Shown here: positions 37,800 through 51,421 of the stretch, one piece after another
How positions within the stretch are numbered: the stretch's first letter is position 1
Layout: each line of letters opens with the position of its first letter
Assembly: GCF_009914755.1 (NCBI RefSeq)
Contig: NC_060936.1
Length of the DNA stretch: 64,000 nucleotides
Origin: the human T2T-CHM13v2.0 reference genome, Homo sapiens
Direction: 5' to 3' (one strand)
Notes under the pieces: generated by a model
Told to the model about the DNA's origin: nothing
The model's database searches: none
The model's input: only the letters and a program-made list of their open reading frames with translations
Position numbers and translations under genes: made by a program

Positions 37800-38404
37800 T
37801 TTTTAAGTAGATTGCATGCATGTTTCCCATGGTTTTAATTCCCTCATTAGTTGCATCTTTTGACTCTCATGGGGGACTTGATTTCTTAATGTGTTCTATA
37901 ATTTTTAGCTGTGAGCTCATCTTTAGTGGGATTTTTTTCTTCGGGATTCCAGGGACTCAAGATTGGAGAAGCTCATGGTACAGGCTTGATGTTTCCATTT
38001 ATCTCAGGGGATCTTTTACCAACTTCAGCCTGAGGTGATCAACCCACTTGTATGCCATGAGCCTAAGCCAGTAGGTAGAGTTTTTTAGTGACACTTTCAT
38101 GGATGGAAAGCCCTTTATGGTTCCTGCTTTGAGCTTTATAGATCCCTTCATGTGGATGCGACTATGCTCTCCAGGCATTGGTATTATGACTCTCTAGGTT
38201 TATAAAGTTCTGATATCTCATGGACCATTTGGCTTATTTAGTTTTCTCTTCCTTTATGACACCTGGGCTTCTCTTTTCTTTTTATTTTTGATCCAAGCTA
38301 TGTATTTGAAGCTTTTGATTCTACATTTTATCCAGTATTCCTATGTGTTCAGAGTATGAAAGGGCTCCTCATGTCAGCTCAGCTACTATATTGGCTGGAA
38401 GTCT
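37800..38404 (-). mobile_element. HAL1/L1M 5'-end fragment
   Basis: ctgtgagctcatctttagtggg..ttttatccagtattcctatgtgtt..ctcagctactatattggctggaagtc. Confidence 0.55.
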
Positions 38405-38689
38405 CTGAGCTCTTCCTATACCCTTAGGGGTGATTCGACACTCTGATGATGGCCAGAGGCAGAAGAGCAGTTGAAACAGCAATCACCGCAATTGCTAACA
38501 ATTCAACACAGGTAGGACACTTGCTACTACATGAATTAATGTACACATGGTTTACTTGCAAGAGTCACAGCCTTGTTATTGGGAGAAGAAAAGAAGAATG
38601 CCCCATGTCAAGAATTCATGCCTGAGCTCCTGGTTCAGTGTATACCTTTAGAACCACAACCCTAGAGTCAAAAACAACATTTAATATAA

Positions 38690-38912
38690 CTATTCATTGC
38701 TGAGCACCGGGCACTGCTTAAGCACATTGCACAGATTAACCCATTTATTCATCACTCAAAATCTGCGAGATAACAATTGTTATTCCCATTTCACAACTGA
38801 AGAGACTAGTTCAGAGAGGTTGAGCAATGTGCCTGAGGTCACAAATGAAATAGCAGAGAAGGGGTTTGAACTCTGAAAGTCCAAGTTCAGATCTCAGAGT
38901 CCTGACCACTGT
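38690..38912 (-). mobile_element. MIR
   Basis: ttattcccatttcacaactgaagagactagttcagagaggttgagcaatgtgcctgaggtcaca. Confidence 0.75.
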
Positions 38913-39394
38913 GACACTTGGTATGATTTTTTCCTTGTCTTTTGCAAAACATCCTTCCAAAATCCACTCTGCAACCTCCTTTCTTTTGAGATATCCTTAG
39001 TGCTCAGTCTCTGCTTCTTTATCATTAGACCCTTTCATCTAATTCTACTGACCCAATACATTCTGTTGCTACCAACAAGAGAAAACTTAAACCATCACCT
39101 CTCTTCTTCTTTCCTCCTTTCTCTCTGACTCTCCCTCTCTCTCTTGCACAGAACTACTTATGAGGTACACGTACCATGCATTCATTTTATTCCTGCACTT
39201 TCTTCTTTGTATTGTGTTAATTCTCCTTCCTGAGCAGTATCACCATCACCTCTCTGCAGCAGCTGGGTGAACCTCAAAAGGCTAAATTATCAAGCAGAAT
39301 TTCCAGGTGTATTAGTTCTTTGCCACTTTTGCCACACAGTCTATGTGAAATAGAGACACCAGCTTCTCCTCCATGTCTATATAGCACAATCAAA

Positions 39395-39805
39395 AGAGGA
39401 GGCTTTAAAAAAATATGAATTCATTGGTCCCATCCCCAGAGACTTTGGTTTCATTGGTCTGGCATGTGGCCTGGACATTAGGAATTTGAAAAGCTCCCCA
39501 GGTAATGCTAATGTGCAGCCAGGGCTGAGAAACGGTAAAAAGAAATTAGCTACACCCAGGATTCTGTCCTGATTGCCTTCTAGTTGGATTTTGGCAGACA
39601 TCCCACACTTTTTTCCCCTTATAACCTTAGAACTTGAGCATGCATAGAAATGTCTGGAGGGCTTGTTAAAACACAGATTCCTGGGCCCCATTCCTGGAGT
39701 TTCTGATTTATTAGGTCTGGAATGGTGCCTGAGAGCTTGCATTTCTAACCAGTTCCAGGTGATGCTGATGCTACTGATTCAGGAACTATCCTTTGGAGAC
39801 CATTT
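39395..39805. mobile_element. Two adjacent MER5A elements (~39395-39537 and ~39630-39805)
   Basis: aagctccccaggtaatgctaatgtgcagccagggctgaga; cttgttaaaacacagattcctgggcccc..gcatttctaaccagttccaggtgatgctgatgct. Confidence 0.8.
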
Positions 39806-40074
39806 TCTTGGAACTATTCTTGCTCTTTCAATGCCCCATCTAGGCACTATTCACTGCCATCGTTCAGAACGCCATGTCTCCTGTTCCTGTTTTCCTGACT
39901 TATTTTTCAAGGTCATGTTCAAGTCCTTCCTCCTTCAGGTCTTCCAGGACTAGTCTAGCTGGTGGCATCTCTTCCCTTCTCTGCACTACTGAGGCTTCTT
40001 CTCTTCTCTACCACTAATTGTGGTTGTTGACTAAAGGTAATAGATTTTAGAGCTAGCAAGTTTCTCAGAGTCCC

Positions 40075-40277
40075 AGCAATTCAAGACTTTGCCTTTAAAC
40101 TGAAGGATTCTTTTTCTTACAAATGAGATCTTATTGCAAGTGGCAATATTTAAAATACATGGATGGGGTGAGGCTAGGAGACTAGGGACATCACTATTTG
40201 TTTCTCTTTCTGTCTGTGGGGTCTTGAGGTGCTTTGAAAGGCCACTTGGCTCCTGAGCATATAATTTGGAAACCACC
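40075..40277. mobile_element. MER103C-like hAT fossil inside a MIR
   Basis: ctttttcttacaaatgagatcttat..aatatttaaaatac..aatttggaaaccac; MIR text on both sides. Confidence 0.5.
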
Positions 40278-40344
40278 CATAGCCTGAGTCTTCCCTTTAC
40301 AGATGAGAAAACTGAGACTTGGAGAAGGCAAGTAATTTCCCCAT

Positions 40345-40760
40345 GCATCCATGTGATATTTTTGATCACTGACTCTGTGCCAAGCCCCTTCCAGGCCCTC
40401 GGGGGATGGTGAACAGGATGGGCAAGCCTCTACCCTCATAAGCTTATATTCTAGCTGGGGAGACAGACAATGTATAAGTAAACACATAGATAAAATGATC
40501 ACAGATTGTGATAATTGCTTAGAGGGAACCCAACATTTGCTAGAGTCACATGAGTTCAAGGAGGGTTTTTATGAAGCAATCTTCATTCCGAGTCTTGAAG
40601 GATGAGAAGAAACCAGCTAGGTGAAGAGCTGAGTAGGGTGGAGGAGGCTTCTCCTAAGCCTTGCTTGTAGGCCACAGTGAAAATTCTGGGTTTTATTCTC
40701 AGTAGGATGGAAAGCCAGTGAAAGTTTTTAAACAGAAAATGACAAGAGCTGACTTTGTTC
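40345..40760 (-). mobile_element. L2
   Basis: taccctcataagcttatattctagctggggagacagacaat..gagtcttgaaggatgag..ggaaagccagtgaaagtttttaaacag. Confidence 0.8.
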
Positions 40761-43154
40761 CTCCTAATATTTGTCTCCTTGAAGACTTGGATGGATATTT
40801 ATCTTTGCATTTTTTTCACTGCACCCCATGCAGAGTAAGTACTGAAAATGTGTCTTGATCACTGATTGCTCCCTTGAAATCAACAAATATTTATAAGATG
40901 CAGTTTCTCATCTTCTAGACAAGTGTTTTTTAATTCATTTTGGGTTTAAAACCCCTTGAAGTGTCTGTTCAGAGCTGTGGACCATTCCTTAGAAAATATT
41001 CCCATGTACACGTGCACATTATGTTTTGCATAAATAATTGATGAATGCCCTGAAGGCCAGGTTGGGACTTTGTACCCTGAGATACCTTGCTGTAGAATCT
41101 GCTGTCTTGATACTTTTCTTCTGAAGATCCCTGGTTTGGATGGAGATCATTACCATCTTAGATTTAGAGTCCGATTATCTTAATATTTTTAAGTCCTGCC
41201 TGTAAAATGGGCTAATAAATGTATATGTCACAGGGGGAATTTAAGAATTAAATATGATAATGTGGAAAGGTATCCAATACCTAGGTATACAATAGATATT
41301 AATTACTTCCCCTCACTTTTTGGAGAGAAAGAAAGCATTTCCTTGTGAGGCAGAATCATGCAATTGTTAAGAACTTAACTGTGGTGATGAATAGATGAGA
41401 ATTGAATCCTAGTTCTGTTTCTTACTCAATTTTCTCATCTGTAGAATGGGAACACAGATGTAAAGACACTTAGGATAGTGCTTGGCACCTGCAAGAATTT
41501 TTGATAATTAATTTCTGATAATTTTGATATGAATGGTGATATTAACATTGTTCATTCTATGTCACTCTATGTCTGCTTGGGTAAGGAATAGGAAGACTTC
41601 TAAGATGAATTGAAAACACAGACCTGATTCTAAGGAGGTTGGATTTTGGCAGTTTGGCTAGCCTGTGGAAAATGCTTCCAGAGTGTTTCCCTGTGGGAAC
41701 CACCTCAGCTAAAGATGGGCTGATGTTCGTGAAATCTGCATCCCTTGCGCGGCTCTGCCAGCTTTCTGAACCCAAGCAAATCGGGGGAGAATAAAATTCC
41801 TCAGGTATCAGAAATGGAACTGCTTTTCCCTGGGAACACTTGGTAACGTGGAAAAGATGCAACACCAAGAGAGGGCATAAAACCAACGAAATGAGGCCAA
41901 TGCATATGCAAGAGGCTGCTTCCTCCCCAATTTAATTCCATTTTGTTAAGTAATGATGGAATAAAAATTCAGGGTGGTGGAAGATGAGATTTGCAGCCCT
42001 ATTTGATCAAATGCCTATCGCTGTTGCTTCAAGCCAAATGGGTCGCTTCATAAACAGATAAATAAATCAGACATCAATGGGAAATGAAAAGTCATGGCCG
42101 AGAATGAAATGAGATAGAAATCATTCCCCGCTATGATGTTTGTTTGGGGCATCTCTGATGGGGAAGTCATACCAAGGCTGCAGTGGGAATCCCAAAGTGC
42201 CCAATGGAGGATTATGATGGAGTGGGGATTCAATCTGGTAAGCAAACCCTTATTAGGGAGCCCCACTTACCTAAGCCAAGCTTGTCCCAGGGAATTGCGA
42301 AAGGCCAGCAATTGATCTTCCACTATTAGGGCTCCATTTGTGAAATTAACTAGGCGGTGTGGGTAATAATTTATGGGGAATCATTAACCTAATGATATTG
42401 GTTCTCTATAAACTGCTTAGCCTGTCTCAGGGAAAATGGATTTCATAAATCTAGGTGGAAAATTCCAAGTGACTCATGGAAGGCTTATCAGCAGGGTGGG
42501 GATGGGTCACCAGACAGTGGAACTCTGCACTTTTGGCTTCGTTGAAGGGCCTTGAAGATGGCTCCTTCACTTTCTTTTCTCTGCTAGCCCAGGTAGACCC
42601 TTAAATTAAGACAGGAAGTGTCCAGGGTTGAAAAGCACATGATGGAAAAAGGTGTGTTGATTTTCCTTGTCTTGAGTTTTAAATCCTGCAAGAGACCTGC
42701 TCTGGGGATTTTGGCAAAGGGGAGAAAGTGACATCCTCAGTGCAGGAAGTTTCTGAGCTGCAGAAATCATATCTTTACTCATCTGGAAAAGAATCAACCT
42801 TAAAGCTTTAAACAAGTCAGCTTCTGTATCTGCCATATGCCAGGTGGGGAGTTCTACCACCTTGGATGGGGTTGATGGGGAAGCTTTGAGAAGGTGGCTT
42901 AAGGCACTAAATGATGAGGTGGAACCAGCATGCCAGGGTGGGAGGGAGGGGCGCTTAGGGATGGATAGCAAGGAAAACTCAAAGTCCCTGAGGTCAGAGC
43001 AAGTTTTGAGATCAGAGAATTTATTACCATAATAAGGTAATATTTATCCCCATTTGCAAGATGGGAAAAGTGAGGCCCAAGGAGATTAGGTAGATAAACC
43101 TCATCCTACACTAAAAGATGGGCAAACTGGGATTTTGCCCACGACCACTGGCTA

Positions 43155-43368
43155 GTTGTCAGCAAACTAGGGCTCCTGGGTCAAGGAAGGCCTTCTTCTG
43201 TTTTTGTAATAAAGTTTCATCAGAACACAACCATATTGTTAAAACAATTTACATATTGTTTACAGCTCCTTCATTGCTACAGGCAGAGTGGAGTTGACAT
43301 AACTAGCCTGACAAGCCTAAAATATGTTCTTTCTAGCCTTTTACAGATCAAGTTTGTCCTCCCCTTCA
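43155..43368. mobile_element. MER58A
   Basis: gtcagcaaacta..tgtttttgtaataaagtttcatcagaacacaacca..aagcctaaaatat..cttttacaga. Confidence 0.75.
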
Positions 43369-44170
43369 CTAGACAGTGATGCCTTTGCCTTTTGTGGAAG
43401 CAAGTGGCAATCCTATGGTCCCTGGGAATATGTATCATCCAGTTCATTGTGTGTATCCCAGAAGGAAAAGGAAGAAGAGGACAAGAAGGAGAAGAAAATG
43501 AACACATTTTTCAGAAGGGAGAAAACAGAGTTTTTTGAGAGAAGAAACATCCCTTACAAGTGGGCAGAAGATACTGATATCCAGAAAGAAGCATTTGATT
43601 CTTAGGCCCCTGGGGTTACCTGTGATGCAAACAATATAGGGATGGCCACTTTAAAGCATACCAGATGAGAAGCAGCACTTGGGTTGAGAACACCAGCGGG
43701 TGTCTCTGTCAGCAGCAGCTAGGCCTGTGTGTCTCATTAGCATGAGGGACACATATGGAATCTTGGCATTTCCCCAAATACTGTCAGGGGTTGGTCCACA
43801 TGACAGAACCAGCCCAGGATGATAGGGAAGCTGTGATGGTTTTCTCCAAATGCATGGATTCAGAACTGAGTGGAAGGTATCTTCCCCACAGTGAAGCCTT
43901 GCTTAAAGAGGATTCTCCTTCCCGCCTTCTGCTGGCATTACAGCATTGCATAGGGAAGCAGAACTCCTAGCATTAGGATTAAACCCTCCTGGGTTTGAAT
44001 CCTTGATCTAACTGCCATGTTAAATCATCTAACTGCCATGTCAAATCATCTAACTGATTTGAGCAAGCAACTTACCTCCTCCGAGTCTATTCCTTCATTT
44101 GAATGTGCAGATAATAATAGCACTTGCCTCACTGGGTGTTATTAAGGTTAAGTAAGAGAAATAAAAAACA

Positions 44171-45003
44171 TGTGGCAGTTGGTCATTTAAATTCTTGTTC
44201 TTGGTGGCAAAGGCTGCTAATATCGTCTTGTTCTCCATGCTCCATTATGCTTGTCTTCTTAGTTAGGGTGGGGAGTTTAGGGTTAGGGTTAAGAATAGGG
44301 CTGTAGCCTCGTCTTCTGTAATAAGAGAATCTCTGATTTTGAAACTGCTAATAAAGACTACATTTCCCAGTCTCCTTGGAGTTGGATGTGGCTGTATAAG
44401 TAAGTTATGGCCAATGAAGGACGGCGGCAAAAAAATTTGAGGTCATTTCTATCTCTATGCACCCCTGAATACCTAGAGCTTTGAGGTCCTGTCCACCATG
44501 GACAAATACTGCCATCATCTGTTTGCCGATTTGCAAGTCAATCTAAACTATGCTGTGTTTATTCCATTTTAAGTAGTAAATGCTCTTGTCAGGATTCATA
44601 TATATAATATAGATAAACATTTTAATGATAATGTTATAAAAATAACATAATGCTACATATCATCAAAACCTTACAAGTTTATATTCTTCTGTTCTGTTAA
44701 ATATGAGATGATGTATTACCAAAAAGAAGAACCATTTGTATGTAATACTTCCAGGATGCCTCTTCCTTTTCTTCTTTCCTGGAGCTGAAAGGTAAGCATG
44801 ATGGCTGGGGCTGGAGCACCCATTTTGAGCCATGAGGAGGAAGCCTCATGTTGAGGTGTCAGAGTAACATGCTAAAAGGAGCCTGAGTCCCTGAACTTCT
44901 TAACTCCAGTTTTTGATTCCATGAGAGAGAAATAAACTGGTGTCTTGTTTAAGTGATTTCTAAATTTTGCATTTTCTCCTAGAGCAGAATTAATCCTGGT
45001 ATA
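44171..45003 (+). mobile_element. MLT1J-like LTR with unexplained internal insert
   Basis: aaagactacatttcccagtctcc..tggccaatga; tgatggctggggctggagc..ggagcctgagtccctga..gagagaaataaac..ttgtttaag. Confidence 0.7.
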
Positions 45004-45789
45004 CTAGTTGTGTGGGCATGAGTAAATTTTCTTAAGTTCTCTGAGCCTCAGTAACCTTATCAACAAAATCAGTATAAAAAGCCCTAAGCCCTCAGAAGTG
45101 TTATGAAGATTCAAGGACACAATGTGGTGGTCTTCTGCTGCCTCAGTAACATTTTATAATGCTCTTGAAATACAGATCTTCACACCCCACATCTAATACC
45201 AGGTCTTGTGATGGGGCCAAAGAATGTTCATTTTTGTCAAGTTCCCCAGGTGACGTGACACCAAACCATGTTCAGGAAGCTTGGAGTTGAGAGATTCATC
45301 CTTTCTTCCTTGCTTTCAAAGTTGGAGTGAACATTAAGAGATGCAGCCTGCACATGTCCCATAAGGAGCTCAGCCTCTCTAAGGGGGCCTTACAATATCT
45401 CCTGCCTGCTCCAAAATACCCTGCAACAAACATCCCTCAGCCCTTGCTTTCCTTCTCCTTACTGCACGTGTGCCCCCAGCAACCACCAACTGCTTCATCC
45501 CATCTGAGCGACTTACTCTGAAATTCTGTTTAAAATGCAGCAGCATCAGTGGATTATGGCTTGCTGGTTTACATGCTTGTGATGAATCTTTTAATCTAAT
45601 TAAGGAAGGCAAGATTTGCCCTGGATGCTTTCAACTGCACAGAGCTCTGGTTTTTAAGCACAGTATACTGGATGAAAGCACTTTTTTTTAGGGCCAGGAA
45701 AACCTGAGCCCTAATGTTTGCTGTGTAGCCCTGAGCAAATCACTTAACCTCTCTAAAGAGTCAGTTTCCTCCTCTAGGAGCTAGGCTTT

Positions 45790-45935
45790 GGGCCAAGCGC
45801 TATGTATACATAGAAAAATCCTCCAACAACCTGATGAGGTAGGCATCTTCATTATCCCCATTTTGCAGATGAGGAAATGGAGGCTCAGAGACGTTAACTA
45901 CATTGCTCAGCTCACATAGCAAGTAAGTGGTATAA
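45790..45935 (-). mobile_element. MIR
   Basis: attatccccattttgcagatgaggaaatggaggctcagagacgttaa. Confidence 0.85.
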
Positions 45936-47984
45936 ATTTAATAGAAGAATAATATCTGACGGGTGGTCTATTCTAAGGACAAACTAGTTGAGATCCTCTA
46001 GAAAGTTTAGCATGGCTGTTCCCCAGGGAGTACACCACTTGCTGTTGTAACAATAGCTGCTGTTACTGTCATTATTACATGGTTGCCCTCAATGGAAGAG
46101 GCAGGGGATCCCAGGAGCATGAGGCCAGGCCATGGAAAGCAGCATTCCTGTTGCAGGTGGAGGAGCCCAGGAAGCAGAACAAGACCAACTGGTGCATTCT
46201 TTAGGCCCACAGACCCGTCTGATCTGGATATGGGCTGATGTTCCAGGGGATGGACATCTCGTTAAACATGGTCTCTTGGTTCTGAAAGTCTTGGTGGTGA
46301 AGACCCTGGTTTTTTGGTGATTGCCTCAGTTACCTTCATTCTAGCCACATTGGATTCCCTAAGGTGCCTGAAGCCAGGCATGTGCACTCTCTCCTTCTTG
46401 TTGTTTCTCTGTGAGTCAGGATTCTCGGGAGGAGAAGAGAAACACTGGGGTGGCCAGGGGAGGTGAGGGAAACTGAAGGAATAGAGTAAAAATTGCAGAA
46501 GACGTAGTTACAGTTTTTTTTTAATCTGATATTTGATTAGGAAAATGTTTAAAGTTAAAAGAACATCCCAATGATCAGCTGACCATAAACCTAAAATCTA
46601 CTGCTAGCATTTTACTGTACTTGCTTTATTATGTTTCTTCATCCATGATGCTTTTCCAAGAAAATTTCAGATGTCTGTAATAAATATTTCAGCATTTAAA
46701 GAAAAAAAAAACTTCAGAATTTGTTGTGCCGGTGAAACCTGCCTTGTCAGCCCAGTGTGTGTGGTTCAGATGGACTTGGAACCCCTTTGGTGGAAATGGA
46801 GGTGGGAATCAGGGCCCTTGAATTCCAGATCCACCTTCTCATCTGAACAGATCCTCAAGACACTGCGACTCTGAAGAGTATAGTCTGAAAGTCATTAATG
46901 TGGTCCAAGTTACTCATTTTAAGGAAGAGGAAATTGAGGCTTGGTTGGGTATGGGAAGGCTTATCTCAAGTCATTTATTAATTCATCAAGGATCTGTTAG
47001 AAACTGACTCCAGAATTCTTACACAACCGCTTTGATAATTTGATAAATGTGGTGAAACTTTGCCCAGAAAAGTACACATACAGAGGATGGGTGGGAGTCG
47101 CAGACCTCTGAATCCATTCATGTTTATGATCTCTGAATCATTAAGGTCCATTTGTGGACACTTCAGCCATGTGGTCTCCACAAGATGCTGGGGGCAGAAG
47201 TTGTCCCTCATCTGGAGGCCCCTCAGACTATTAGGCCACCTTGCACAACCTTGCTGAAGAGAGTGTGAGAGGAGAGAGGTGGAAAGATGACTGGGAACAG
47301 TCGAGAGAGAGAGAGAGAACAGAGAGTAGAGAAACACATGGAGAGAGAGAAAGAGAAACCTCCATCACTAGCAGACTCAGGGCTGGCAAAGAGAAGAAAG
47401 ACTCACTTGGAAAGCAGCTGCCTGTTGGCCCTGCCCTCTGGCAGCCTTCTAAACTGCTCCCATCCTGCCAGCTTTCTGCCAATGCCAAAGCAAATATTCT
47501 CAGATAAATGCTTGGAACCTAGAAGGTGGGAAAGGATTGCCATCTCCAGCAGCAGCCCAGCCATCACTGGCTCTCAAAAGCATAATCAATTTCACTACCT
47601 TCCTCCTCCTGCTCCTTCATCCACTGTCTCTGAATCTAGAGTTTCCCATGGGAGCAGGCTCAGTGGGAGAGGCACTGGCCCAACACTTGGGGACTATTCT
47701 TCATAGGACAGGAGCTGGAAAAGAAGGGGTTTCTAAGCAGCCCTGAGTGGACTCTTGGGGTGAGGGGGTTAGGGTAGAGTGGCCCATGATTCCAGAGAGT
47801 GTGACCAGATCCCAAAACCCAGAAGAGCAAGTGAGGGCAGGGGCAGAGAACAAGCCTCTTGTCTGAGCTCATCTGCTTAGTCAACCTTCAGAGCACAGGG
47901 AGGGTGGTAGAAGGGGTTAGATTCAACAGACAATGAGAAAGCAAGAAAACAAGAAAGCATTATGGTGGTCAGGGAGGTGGCTAA

Positions 47985-48983
<999 letters not shown>

Positions 48984-49129
48984 TGTAATTTTTGTTTTCA
49001 TTAAGATAATTCATGAACATAGTTTAAAAATTAAAATAGCATACAAAGGCTTATAATGAAATTCAGAAACTCCTAGCTCCTTTTACTCTTCCTACATCTC
49101 TCAAGGAGTGGGGAAAAGCTTTCAATCTA

Positions 49130-49760
49130 GAGAAGATGGTCAGGAAAGACCTCTCTGAAAAAGGGATACTTCAACACAGATTCGAATAAATTGATGAAGC
49201 AAACCAGGCAAATATCTGAGGGAAAGGTGGGCTATGCAGAGGGAACAACAAGGGCAAAGATTCCAAAGGTCTGAGTGAACCTGCAGAAGGGACACAAGGC
49301 TGGCGTGGCTGAATCCCAGGGGGTGACAGCAAGGATGGTGGGGCATGAGGAGGGGTGGCAGGGGCCAGAGCACACAGGTTCATGTAAGCCATGAGAAAGA
49401 CTGGACTTTTCATTGTGATTTGAAACCTAATCCAAGACTAAGTAGGAAAGGAATGCACTTTTATTTGTGTTTCTATTTCTGTCCGATGAGAGTGGACTGG
49501 AGTATAAGGCAAAGGAGTGAAAGCCAGTTACTCTGGTAAGAGATAATGATGGCTTGGACTAGCATGGTATAAGTGGACATGGAGAGAAGTGGATAGATTT
49601 ATAATATGTCTTGGGATTGTTGCTGATAGAATTTAATGCCTAATTAGATCTAGGATTGAGAGAACCAGAGGAACAAAGATAAATCTCAAGCTTTAGCTTG
49701 AGCCATTGAGTAGAAGGTGAAGCTGTTACTGAGATGGAAGACTCTTGAATGACTAAGTTC
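49130..49760 (-). mobile_element. L2
   Basis: ggtcaggaaagacctctctga..gcagagggaacaacaagggcaaag..gagataatgatggcttggactag..ttactgagatggaaga. Confidence 0.8.
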
Positions 49761-49774
49761 TTAGAGAAATTGTC

Positions 49775-49990
49775 AGACAGACCTGGGTTCAAGTCTTAGC
49801 TCCACCTCTTTCTAGCTGTTTTATCTAGGGTAGGTCACTGCATCTCTCTAAGCCTCAGTTTCCTTACCTGTTAAATGGGTATAGTAAACATACCTACTCC
49901 ACAGAAGTTTTGGGAAGACCAAATGAAGTTTTGGATGGAAAGTGCTCATCCTAGTGCCTGTCACATAATAGCTAGCCAATACATAACATC
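49775..49990 (+). mobile_element. MIR
   Basis: gtcagacagacctgggttcaagtc..ctctctaagcctcagtttcctt. Confidence 0.85.
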
Positions 49991-50025
49991 TGTCTTTATT
50001 AAAAAATTAGAGGGGCTTGGGGAGA

Positions 50026-50166
50026 TGATAGCGATAGAGATAGATAGATATATGATAGATAGATAGGTAGATAGATAGATAGATAGATAGATAGATACAT
50101 AGATAGATACATAGATACACAGATACATAGATACATAGATAGATATAGATGATAGGTAGATAGAGT
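50026..50166. repeat. Compound (GATA)/(CATA) tetranucleotide STR
   Basis: GATA run with CATA, GGTA and CACA variants. Confidence 0.95.
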
Positions 50167-51007
50167 ATATGTATTGTTTTGCCCTCATGTTCAAAAGCCA
50201 GGCAACCCTATCAAATCTACTCATATTACCAGCTTTTAGTGGTTTTCTGGTATTTTCTTTAAGTGGTTTCCTTTAGGTTTCCAGCTTTTAGTGGTAACTG
50301 GTATTTTTTCTGCTACCCTTACCCTTGATGAGAGGGTGGGAAGAATAGGTAGACAAACCCTCTCCTTCTGCCTGGATGGCATTTCCTATGATGCTTAGAG
50401 AAAACCCAGTGAGTCATGTCCTACCACACATATATTGATGGGAAAATGCTGCCAAGACCAAGCCTTGGGTCTACAGATCTTGCTCCAACTCATCAAAGCA
50501 ATTTTACATGTTACGTTATTTGATTCTCACGAAGACCTGTGAAGTAGGAATTATCAGCCCCATTTGACAGATAAAATGGAGGCTCAGGGAACTTAAATAG
50601 ATTTCATAAAGTTAAATTCTTAGAAAATACTGGGACTGAGACCTTTGGGCCTTGGCTTTTATATGGGTTACATATGTAAACTGTGGACCCAGTGATTAAT
50701 CCTAAGGAAATCATCTTGAATGTGTACAGAGATTTAGTTACAAAGATGTTCACCACAGTGTTGTTTCTAAGACCAATAAGTGGGGGAAAAAAACCCTAAA
50801 TATTTGATCTAATGGTCAAATAAATAGAGACAAGGGGAATGAAGGCATGATACTGTTATCTATCTGTCTATCTATCCACCCATTTATCTTGAAAGCAATA
50901 CAGATCTTTACTAAAGCCTCTCAAGGGACATCAAATGCAACTTTGTAATCCTTAGCAAACATTTAAAAAATCATCTTTCCGTATTCCTGTTTTCTCACAT
51001 CTTTGTC

Positions 51008-51421
51008 TTTTTAGCAGACAGGGTCTTATTTTGCTGCCCAGGCTGGAGTGCAGTGGTGTGATCACGGCTCACTGCAGCCTTGAACTCCTGGGCGCAAGCA
51101 ATCCTCTTAGCCTCAGCTTCCTGAGTAGCTGGGACTACAGGCACATACCACCACCCCTGGCTAATTTTTCTATTTTTTTAGAAACAGGGTCTTGCCATAT
51201 TGCCTAGGCTCATCTCAAACACCTGGGCTCAAGTAATCCTCCCACCTCCTGAATAGCTGGGACTACAGGTGCATGCCACCATGCCTGGCTAATTTTTATA
51301 TTTTTTGTAAAAATGGGGTTTCGTGTTGCCCAGGCTTATCTCGAATTCCTGGCCTCAAGCAATCAGCCTGCCTTGGCCTCCCAAAGTGCTGGAATTACAG
51401 GCATAAGCAACAGCACCAGGG
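51008..51421 (-). mobile_element. Trimeric AluJ-derived element
   Basis: Three monomers and two linkers inside one TSD catctttgtc (50998-51007, 51422-51431). Confidence 0.88.
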
